This document shows, in pieces, positions 30,074 to 39,000 of a stretch of DNA of 64,000 bases. Source of the DNA: an uncultured virus (IMG/VR IMGVR_UViG_3300008113_000043) (Duplodnaviria; Heunggongvirae; Uroviricota; Caudoviricetes); IMG/VR virus record IMGVR_UViG_3300008113_000043; one strand, 5' to 3'. Position 1 is the first letter of the stretch; each line of letters starts with the position of its first letter. A model generated the notes under the pieces. The model was not told the origin of the DNA, ran no database searches, and was given only the letters and a program-made list of their open reading frames with translations. Both the position numbers and the translations under genes were made by a program.

Positions 30074-30289
30074 TTACCAAACACCACCATCTAAATTAAC
30101 TCTGTTATCTAAATCAACTTCTAATAAAGATAAAAAATCTGCAGGAAGACCTAATTGTTGTTGGTCAGTAGTTGCATTTGATAATATTACATCGGGATTT
30201 ACAAATTCATATTTTTTATTTTCGTAGTCAAAAATTAAAATATACCCATCATTTAAATTACTAGTGTCAATTGGATACTGTAGATCCAT
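30074..30289 (-). CDS. Small protein paralogous to the C-terminus of 30320..30940
   Basis: DGYILIFD...FVNPDVILS.AT...QQ.GLP.DF...LDN...DGGVW aligns with the neighbour. Confidence 0.75.
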   Translation of the reverse strand: MDLQYPIDTSNLNDGYILIFDYENKKYEFVNPDVILSNATTDQQQLGLPADFLSLLEVDLDNRVNLDGGVW

Positions 30290-30319
30290 TTTATTGAGAG
30301 GTTAATTATTAACTATTTA

Positions 30320-30940
30320 TCACCAAGTTCCAGCATCAATATCTATCTTATTATCTAATTCAATATCTAATTGATTTATAAAGTCTGAAGGTAAACCTGG
30401 TTGTTGTGGTTCGGTTGCCGCTTTAGATAATACTTCATCTGGATTTACAAATTTAAATGATTGAGTATTTCCATCAAACATTAAAACATATCCATCACCA
30501 GAACCAGCAGTAGTTCCTATTCCTGTTGTTGATCCAGAACCAATTGCTATATTTGATGTATCAATAGTTCCCAAATCAGATATAGCAGAAGATCTTACAA
30601 ATCCTATGGTAGAACTATCATTTACCAATATACTTCCTTCTAATTTTTTTGTAGTTACTCCATCTGGATCTGTCAACATTACATCATAATAATTTCTTCC
30701 TGATGCCAAAAGTAAAGTTTGATCTCTACTGATAAACAATCTAATTTGTCCTTGATTTCTATTAACAAAAGTGACAGTTATTGTATTATAATATGGTGAA
30801 GTTGGATATTTTCTAATTTTTGCCGATGCACTATATCCAGTCAGATTTAATGGTGTTCTATCTGAATTTCTGAAAGTAATATTTTGTATAAAATCTGCAC
30901 CCTTTTCAAGTTCGTAATTGGCAGAAATTACAACGGACAT
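30320..30940 (-). CDS. Putative fibre adaptor (Ig/BppU-like N-terminal domain)
   Basis: EKGADF...PLNLTGYSASAKIRK...GRNYYDVML...LEGSILV pattern typical of phage Ig-like adaptors. Confidence 0.7.
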   Translation of the reverse strand: MSVVISANYELEKGADFIQNITFRNSDRTPLNLTGYSASAKIRKYPTSPYYNTITVTFVNRNQGQIRLFISRDQTLLLASGRNYYDVMLTDPDGVTTKKLEGSILVNDSSTIGFVRSSAISDLGTIDTSNIAIGSGSTTGIGTTAGSGDGYVLMFDGNTQSFKFVNPDEVLSKAATEPQQPGLPSDFINQLDIELDNKIDIDAGTW

Positions 30941-30962
30941 TTTACTAATTAACTTTTATTGA

Positions 30963-31391
30963 CTATTTATCCATTAATTTTTCTTTGTTTGATTTTAAGA
31001 ATTTAGATAACTCTGCAGTTGAACCTATAAACAAAGCATTATTAGTAACACTTGTAGGGTTTTTTGGTGATTTTTCGTTTTCTATTTCTTTTAATTTTTT
31101 TTGTAAATCTAATAATTTGTCCGTTGCATCAGAGACATTTTTTATAAGTTGTCCAACAACTTCATATGCCCTTGGTTGACCACCATCAACTGCTAGTTCC
31201 AATGCATTATCTAATGCTTCTTGACCCTTTTCTATTATTGAATATAAATTTCCTCTGGTATATTCATAATCTTTTTTTATATCATCTGTTGTAGATTGCA
31301 CTTCAATTTTACTGGTTTCTACTTGGGTTGAAACTATTTCAGTATTATCCAGATTAAAAGTATCGTTTAAATTATCAAATTGATTTTTCAT
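30963..31391 (-). CDS. g16: Terminase small subunit gp16
   Basis: DYEYTRGNLYSIIEKGQEA, PRAYEVVGQLIK, NNALFIGSTAEL; follows g15. Confidence 0.93.
   Translation of the reverse strand: MKNQFDNLNDTFNLDNTEIVSTQVETSKIEVQSTTDDIKKDYEYTRGNLYSIIEKGQEALDNALELAVDGGQPRAYEVVGQLIKNVSDATDKLLDLQKKLKEIENEKSPKNPTSVTNNALFIGSTAELSKFLKSNKEKLMDK
30964..30971 (-). promoter_or_regulatory. Late promoter (GATAAATA) at the head of the fibre insert
   Basis: NATAAATA overlapping the g16 stop. Confidence 0.55.
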
Positions 31392-32383
31392 AATGATCCA
31401 CTAAATCCAAAGTCATCGCCAGCAACAATTAATTGATCATCTGTAGAAGTTATTCTTTTAACTGGAGATCCTAAAACATGATTTAATACTTTTGTATTAT
31501 ATGCACCTCTTTCTACAATAAGTGTATTAATATTTTTAGATCTTACTTTTAATGTTTCTTCGTTTATTGTAATGTAGGTATTGACATCAATGTTTGATGC
31601 ATCATCAACTGTTATTTCTTGATCAGTTAAACCAATATCTTGTGATAAATTGGTTTCAATATCCCCAGTATAATTTTTAGTTGCTTTTGCTTCTGATGTA
31701 TATGTAACCTGTCTCGATCCACTGTCTCCAGCAGTATAACCAATTGTGACTTTTTTGATAATATCTTTGGAAGTTTCTGGACCAGAAATTGGACCAAACA
31801 AATAAGTTTTTGCAGTAAAATTTAATGTATAAATTAATGCCCTTCTTGTATTGAAATCACCTTCATAATCATCTTGCATGGTGATATTTTCTAAAGTTAA
31901 TGGAATATCTCTTTTTTCACCAATACTTTCAACTAAATTTATTGATAATACAAATGATGGTTGAAAATATGGTAAAATTTGCTCTACAATTTGAAGCATG
32001 TCATCATTCAATTGTGTCATTATAGATAATTGAAAATCCATATTATATGGAACTGGCATGTATGCTTTTCTAATATCTTTACCATCAACTTTTGTTGCAG
32101 CAGAAAACGCCTGAGTTGGTGCTAATTTTCTACTATTATCATATGCCAAACCAACAAATTCAAATGACATTCTTGGTAATGTTATTTGAACTGGTTTATT
32201 TAAATTTGGTTCTTGTTCCAATCTAGCAAGAAATTTTTGTGTTGGACCATATGCTAAAGGAACTTTTATAACTTCTAATAAATTTCCATCAGAATCTTTT
32301 TTCTGTATAGAAATATTATTAAAAAGAGTACCAAAAGTTACAATGGTTTTCCTTAAAATTTCGTGGTAAAAATAATCAAACAT
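31388..32383 (-). CDS. g15: Tail sheath stabilizer / tail terminator gp15
   Basis: YFYHEILRKTIVTFGTLFN, VPLAYGP, TLPRMSFE, QIVEQILPYFQP. Confidence 0.95.
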   Translation of the reverse strand: MFDYFYHEILRKTIVTFGTLFNNISIQKKDSDGNLLEVIKVPLAYGPTQKFLARLEQEPNLNKPVQITLPRMSFEFVGLAYDNSRKLAPTQAFSAATKVDGKDIRKAYMPVPYNMDFQLSIMTQLNDDMLQIVEQILPYFQPSFVLSINLVESIGEKRDIPLTLENITMQDDYEGDFNTRRALIYTLNFTAKTYLFGPISGPETSKDIIKKVTIGYTAGDSGSRQVTYTSEAKATKNYTGDIETNLSQDIGLTDQEITVDDASNIDVNTYITINEETLKVRSKNINTLIVERGAYNTKVLNHVLGSPVKRITSTDDQLIVAGDDFGFSGSL

Positions 32384-32386
32384 TTT

Positions 32387-34816
32387 TTAAACTGTGCCAA
32401 ATGGATTTTGTTCTGAGAAATCTATTATTTCTGATGCTTCTTGCTGTATTGTATAATTTTGAGCAAAAGGATCTTGAATATTATCTGTATTTATAATTTT
32501 TATTTTATAATTGGCACCAGAAGTCTGACCAACCAAGTATTCATTAGTCATAAATTCGCCAGTTATATTTGATAATGTTAATGTTCTGGTATTACCATCC
32601 CATTCTTTAACTCTTCCTCTAACACTACTTATAGATCCAACAACAACTTCATTAAAACTAAATGATCCAATGCCTGTAGTTGGTGGTGAAGAGAAACTTA
32701 TTGTTGGTGGTTGAGTGTAACCAATACCAGCATTTATCAATTTAATTTCAGTCACTGTACCTGCATCATTTATAACTGCTCTACCTAAAGCAGGTTCTTT
32801 TTGGAACGAAGTTGTTGCTATACTTACTGATGGTGAAGTTGAATAACCAAATCCTGGATTTGTAACTATAATTGACGTTATAATTCCAGCATTATTAACT
32901 AAAGGTCTACCTTTTGCTGTAATAAATTTCGTTGGTTCAGAAACTAATATTGTAGGTGGTGCGCTGTATCCTGATCCAGGATAAGTTATATTAACATTCG
33001 ATAATTTACCATTTGATATTACTGGATTTGCAACAGCATGTTCAAATTTATGTAAAAATAGTGTATTAATTGTGCTTACAAATTCTGAAGATGGAATAGT
33101 TGTATCGTAATCTACACAATTATTTTCAATCCTAAATTCATCAATATAACAATTAGTGTTGGTGCCACTGCTTATTTCTATTCCTTCTGAAGCAACATAT
33201 AAATTTGGTTCACCTCCAGTTAACAAGTATTCATTACCATCAACAACTATTAAAGTATTAAATCCACTATAAGGATTTTGTGTTTTTTGGAATGATATAA
33301 AATGCCATTCTGAATCATTTAAATTGATTGGAACTTCAAATATGCTTAAACCGTTTAAAATATCAACTTCTATTCTTGAATTATTTTTTAAATTTATTTT
33401 CCACTCATATGACCCATATAGACCATTTGAACGTATTAAATTTCCAGATTGATAACCAGAATTTAACTTTAAGAAAAAGTCTACTCTACCGTTTCTGAAA
33501 ATATCAGAACCAACATTTTTTGAAACTATATTTGGTGTAGTTCCATTTAAATAACCACTTGTTGATCCGAATTTATATGTTGATGTTGTTAATCCACCAC
33601 CAGTAAATTTAATATTGTTTGCAACTGCAGTAGTATAACCAGCACCTGGATTGGTTATTGAAATACTTAAAATATTTGAATTACTATTTAATACTGATGA
33701 TACTGTTGCATTATTCAGTATTGGATTTGGGAAACTAAATTCTCTTGTATTATCAAAAAATCCTTGTTGATCATTTATAGAAATTGAGGTTACAAATCCA
33801 GATGAATTTATATTTGCAGTTAAATTTGCTGTTGCAGTAGAAGAAGTTCCTGGTGCAGAAAATGTAACTATCGGTGGTTCTGCATATCCATAACCACCGT
33901 TAACTATTGTAATAATACCAACTATACCATTACCTATAACTGCAGTTGCTTTTGCGCCACTTCCACCACCACCTATAAATGCTACAGATGGTGCCATTGT
34001 ATACCCATAACCAGTCTTTGTTAGTTCAATACCCTGTATTCTAAGTAATGATGCATTCGGTTCACATAAATCAGTTATACCACCAATCATGGTTGCAATT
34101 CCAGATGCAGTTCCCGATGGATCTGGTGACGAAGAAATTGCTACAGTAGGAGTTGACTTATATCCCTTTCCTCTATCCGATAAGGTTATATATCTTACAC
34201 CACCAAAAACTAATCCAGAAGTAGCAACTGGAAGAGATCCAATACCAATCATCTTAAATGTTTGAGTATATCCTTCATTCTGTACATTATCATCAATAAA
34301 TTCTATTCCAGTATCAATAACTTCATTATTATATCTGAACAGTTCACACTTTAATTCATAAGTATAATTTCCTTTTAATGAATAAAATGGTTTTTCATGT
34401 TCTACATATTTAATTTCAAATAACCTATCACCTAAAGGAAAATAAATTAAATCACCTTCTTTAGGTCTATCATACAATTTAATATTAGGTAGATTTTGTA
34501 ATAATGGTTTCAAATAAACTTCATATCTTTCTCTAGAGATTGTTAATGTTAAATCATCTAATTCTTGTACTCCAAATTTTGACATCAAGGTTCCTAAGTT
34601 TCCATATCCATCATATGTTTCTACATACGCCTCTATAGGATATGCATATCTAAAGTCAGAATTTACTACTTCTTCAATAATAGTTTTTTCATTAATATAT
34701 TGTCTAGGGATATAATAAACATCTACACCATAAATCTTTATTTGTTCATTTATTAAGTCTTGTACAAGACCTCTTTCGGTTATTGAACCTTGAAGAAAAA
34801 ATGGATTGAGTGCCAT
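32387..34816 (-). CDS. g14: Neck protein gp14 with large internal insertion
   Basis: N-terminal EQIKIYGVDVYYIPR, RPKEGDLIYFP, FEIKYVEHE; C-terminal IDFSEQNPFG. Confidence 0.92.
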   Translation of the reverse strand: MALNPFFLQGSITERGLVQDLINEQIKIYGVDVYYIPRQYINEKTIIEEVVNSDFRYAYPIEAYVETYDGYGNLGTLMSKFGVQELDDLTLTISRERYEVYLKPLLQNLPNIKLYDRPKEGDLIYFPLGDRLFEIKYVEHEKPFYSLKGNYTYELKCELFRYNNEVIDTGIEFIDDNVQNEGYTQTFKMIGIGSLPVATSGLVFGGVRYITLSDRGKGYKSTPTVAISSSPDPSGTASGIATMIGGITDLCEPNASLLRIQGIELTKTGYGYTMAPSVAFIGGGGSGAKATAVIGNGIVGIITIVNGGYGYAEPPIVTFSAPGTSSTATANLTANINSSGFVTSISINDQQGFFDNTREFSFPNPILNNATVSSVLNSNSNILSISITNPGAGYTTAVANNIKFTGGGLTTSTYKFGSTSGYLNGTTPNIVSKNVGSDIFRNGRVDFFLKLNSGYQSGNLIRSNGLYGSYEWKINLKNNSRIEVDILNGLSIFEVPINLNDSEWHFISFQKTQNPYSGFNTLIVVDGNEYLLTGGEPNLYVASEGIEISSGTNTNCYIDEFRIENNCVDYDTTIPSSEFVSTINTLFLHKFEHAVANPVISNGKLSNVNITYPGSGYSAPPTILVSEPTKFITAKGRPLVNNAGIITSIIVTNPGFGYSTSPSVSIATTSFQKEPALGRAVINDAGTVTEIKLINAGIGYTQPPTISFSSPPTTGIGSFSFNEVVVGSISSVRGRVKEWDGNTRTLTLSNITGEFMTNEYLVGQTSGANYKIKIINTDNIQDPFAQNYTIQQEASEIIDFSEQNPFGTV

Positions 34817-34822
34817 ATAAAA

Positions 34823-35662
34823 TTACCCGATCATGTCTAAAGGTGGTAATTCGTATGTTGAAGACATTTTATTCATAATCTCATCAATTTCTCTTTGCCC
34901 ATCATCATATAATTGTCTACCATTTAATTCAATTCCACCTGGAAGTTTTACTCCCTGGAATTTGATAAGATTTTGACCCCATTGGCGTTTAATTAATGCA
35001 GTTAAGTATGGTTTCAAGAAAGAATCATTCCAAACTCTAGAATAATCACTTGGATCTAATGCTCTATAACAGTCTATTATTAAATATTCTCCTGCTCTTA
35101 AACTTGACCAATCAATATCAAGATACAATCTATCCATTCTTTGATTAAATCTTATTTGTTTTTGTGTGGTTAAAAGAAAATCAATATCTTCAAGATATCT
35201 TTTAACCATAGAATAAGTTAACAATTCAGTAGAACCCCAATAGTAAATATCATTTAAAAATAGTTGATATTTAATACTAAACATTCCACTTGAAATGCTA
35301 TTTGAACCTTCAAAGTGGAATATTTTATTAATACCGATAATTGATGGAGGTACTTGCAAATAATTGCTGGTTTCAAAGTAATTAAATGTTGTTGGAGTGC
35401 CTGCAATATTTGTAGTTGCTGAAGTTGTGGCGATACCAACGCCACCCATTTTTGCTCTACCCCTATCAATATCGTTTTGAGTTATCTGATATTTTAAATA
35501 CATCTGAGAAACACCATCAAAATGTCTCTCTTGAAAAAATTGTATTGCATCATCAACCAAGTCTTCAATTTGCTCTTCAGCAATATTGATTTCTAAAACT
35601 GGTGCTCCCAATTTTCGTAAACAATAATCTATAAGTTCTTGACGTGATGATGGTTTTGCCAT
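34823..35662 (-). CDS. g13: Neck protein gp13
   Basis: YCLRKLGAPVLEIN, KRQWGQNLIKFQGVKLPGG, LPPLDMIG. Confidence 0.95.
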   Translation of the reverse strand: MAKPSSRQELIDYCLRKLGAPVLEINIAEEQIEDLVDDAIQFFQERHFDGVSQMYLKYQITQNDIDRGRAKMGGVGIATTSATTNIAGTPTTFNYFETSNYLQVPPSIIGINKIFHFEGSNSISSGMFSIKYQLFLNDIYYWGSTELLTYSMVKRYLEDIDFLLTTQKQIRFNQRMDRLYLDIDWSSLRAGEYLIIDCYRALDPSDYSRVWNDSFLKPYLTALIKRQWGQNLIKFQGVKLPGGIELNGRQLYDDGQREIDEIMNKMSSTYELPPLDMIG

Positions 35663-35666
35663 TTTT

Positions 35667-35840
35667 TTATAATTTTCCTAAGTTAGAAAGAACTTCTTGC
35701 TGATAAAGATATAATTTTATATAAGATTTTGCAAGATTTTTTAAACTAACAATATCATCTATATTATCTATATCTCTAGATAATTTCTCATATTCAAATG
35801 ATTTATTCATATCATTTAATTGTATTTTATTAGGTTCCAT
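35667..35840 (-). CDS. Small helical protein (57 aa), NblA-like candidate; not in the ORF track
   Basis: Hand-translated MEPNKIQLNDMNKSFEYEKLSRDIDNIDDIVSLKNLAKSYIKLYLYQQEVLSNLGKL; fills the gap between two genes. The ORF is well supported, the NblA call is tentative. Confidence 0.65.
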   Translation of the reverse strand: MEPNKIQLNDMNKSFEYEKLSRDIDNIDDIVSLKNLAKSYIKLYLYQQEVLSNLGKL

Positions 35841-36081
35841 TTGATAAATTTCGTAATAAATTTTTAATTTCAGTTAAATCAGATTTTAAGTCACTAACAT
35901 CAGATTTTAACTGATCCATTTCACTTTGAATGTTTCTAATAGTACCAAATTCTCTCTTTTTAGCATTTCTCAAAGATAGATATGCTTTATGAGATTGTTC
36001 ATCTGTGTTTATTATAGCATTGGTATGGACATCCCTAACGAGATGAGGATGTCCATCCACATTTAAAAATCGTCTTTCCAT
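35830..36081 (-). CDS. Hypothetical coiled-coil protein
   Basis: VDGHPHLVRD..TNAIINTD followed by heptad repeats. Confidence 0.8.
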   Translation of the reverse strand: MERRFLNVDGHPHLVRDVHTNAIINTDEQSHKAYLSLRNAKKREFGTIRNIQSEMDQLKSDVSDLKSDLTEIKNLLRNLSNGT

Positions 36082-36083
36082 AA

Positions 36084-39000
36084 TTATGCAAGTGCAATCG
36101 CTCTAAGATCTTTTATTCTTGGTGGGAATGCCTGATTTGTCGAAGTACCTACTAACTTTATACTAAAATATCTAAATTCAGGTAAATTATCTATTGAGAA
36201 TTCATAATCAGCAAAAGTTAGTTCCTTACTATCAAATCCAAGAGTAGTGTTCTTAGATACAAATTTGTTAGGTAAACCATTATTATTAGAAATATCAATT
36301 ATATTACCGTTAATATCTAAATTAGTATATCCTGGGAATGGATAATAAATCATTTCACTTTCTAAAGTATTTGAAATCGCATAGAACGCTCTTATTTCAC
36401 TGAAGTTATTAACATATGCTGCTAATAAAACTTTTATGGATGTTGCTGAGTTTTCTAAACGAATTACATTAGTTGCATAGGAGAATGCCGAAGGATCTTC
36501 TAAAATAGATGCAGTTCTACCATCAGTAGCATAGTTTTCAATTACATTATTAATTCTGTTAGTGACCAAAATAAGTCCAACTCTATCCAAATCAATCACT
36601 GGAGAAATAAACGAATCTTCGGTACTTAAATTAAATGTAACTGACAAAGATTTATTTCCAGGTGAAGTGGATAAATTATTAAGTTCATTCACTCTAGATG
36701 CTATTAATCTTGGAGTATTAAAATATGTGTGGGAATTCATATTCATTGCAACTGAATCAGTTTCTACAAATGAAACTTCATTGCCACTTATACTTGTTGC
36801 AGTTGTAGTTTTAATAGTTGCACTAATATTAGTTGAAGGTAATACCATTGTTTGTACAATTGGTCTAACTGCTTCAAACTGAATATTTTGTGTTGCATTA
36901 ATTAAATTACCACCACACGACTTAGTTTCATTAATGTATAATTTAGGGAATGATGTTCCTACAGAACGATTAGTTCCATTGGATGACATATCGAGTTTTA
37001 TATGATAATAATCTAACCCGATTGGATTTTCTGCACTTGCATCTTGTAAGAAGTGTTCTTTATTAATTCTTCTAAGTGATACTCCATTCAATTCATACTT
37101 TCGTACAATCGTTCCACTTGGGTAAGTAAATGACCTAGTGCCATCTATTCCTCTAGTAATACCTATTAATTGATTATTAGCGACACCAGTATATGAGATA
37201 ATTTCATCTTCTATTACAATATAACCTGGGTTTGTTGCTGCAACTGAAACATTTTCAAAAGTACCAAATACTGCTGTACTTGCTACACTAATAGATCCTG
37301 AATTTGAAGTTAAATAATCTAATGTCAATCTAGTTGGAATTGAATCACTCTTAATATTTGATAAAACAACTCTATTTAAATCAGAATGCATACCGTGATT
37401 TTTATGATTTACTTTTATGTGTAAACCATCATTAAGTAAAGATGTATTTTCAATCTGCGATATTAAAGCATTTGCACCAGAAGTTGTTACTACAGTTGTA
37501 ATTCCAGATGTTGGACTAATGTATCTAATAACTTTACTTCCACTAACTTCAAAATCACCCTGAACTTGGTCTAATATCAGTTCATTTACACCAGAAATTG
37601 TAGATAATGAGAACTTTAAATTTCTACCTAAAGTTAGATTTCCTACCTGTGGTGCAGTTAATACATCACCAATTTGATATCCCGATCCACCATTTACGAT
37701 AGTTGCAGCGATTGCTACTCCACCATTTATGGTAATGTTTGCTGTAGCATTTTTACCAGATCCAGTTAAAGATGATAATGATACGTTTGTGAATGTATAA
37801 TTTGTTGCGGCAGATGGTGTATAACCAATACCAGCATTTATTATACCCAGAGTTCCAGTAGCAGAACCGCCTGCACCAACATAATCTGCTGAAGCATTAG
37901 TTCCTGATTGAACAATAGTGTTTCCTAAAACTAATCCAGTTGTATTAATAGTATTTGATAATGTTATTTTTATCTTTTTAGAATTAAAGTCTAATGAATC
38001 ATTCAATAAAGTTGCAATTTGTTGGTTTCCAAGATTTAGTTCTGGATTAAAGAATGTTACAGAACCATTATTTTCAATGAATGATGCTGCATAAATGTTG
38101 TATTTCAAATCTTCATATTGGCTTGGTGTCCAAGTAGATGAGTTTTGTGACTTAAATAAAGATCCTAAAGTAGTTTGATTGGAAACTAATATTTGTCTAG
38201 ATTCTGGTAAATTAGAAGTAGAAATATCAACTTCACCAAGTCTAGAAATCCAAACAGTATACTCATTTGAATCTGATAATATAACAACACAGTGTTCTTT
38301 TTGACCTTCTAAAAATACTGGAGATGGGAATGTTATTGTTGTTGGTATTGAACCATCAAAAGTTTCATATACTTCATCAGGAGTTAGTACTACTCGACCA
38401 AATGGATACACTTCTTCAGTCGGTAATCCGTTTCTCATTGAGCGTAACTCAACTATAACTGGAATTACTGGATCTTTAGTCCTGAAATATAAATCAATAG
38501 AAGTTAAGAACCTTCCTTGTGGATTTGGTACAAGGAATGATTGTGCCAGAGGATCCTTTCCACCTCTTGGTGGTGGTGGATCTGGTCTTCTTGGTGGATC
38601 TGGTCTTGGCGCTGGACGAGGTGCTGGTACAGGTGCTGGTACAGGTGCTGGTACAGGTGCTGGAGCAGGTGCTGGTGATGGATTACCAGGTCTTGGTGAT
38701 GGTGGTGGCGGTGATGGATTTGGTCTTGGTGGTGCAGGCGATGGAGGTGGAGGTGGTGGAGGTGGAGGTAACGGTACAGTACTAACAGTAGTGCTTTGGG
38801 TTACATTTTGAGTAGTTGATACATCTGTAGTTGCTCTAGATTCACTTGTAGATACACTTGTAAATCTAGGACTTCTAGTAGATCTTATAGTTTCTTGTAA
38901 ACTATTTAAAGTACCTTGTGCGAAGTATTGCTCTTCACCTGAAGTTGATACTAGTCCACCTATAGTGGTATTTACAGAACTGCTAGTTAATCTGAATACT

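Noticed and set aside
38519..38785. Plus-strand 88-aa ORF with VLVQ repeats
   Set aside because: Antisense reading of the polyproline insert
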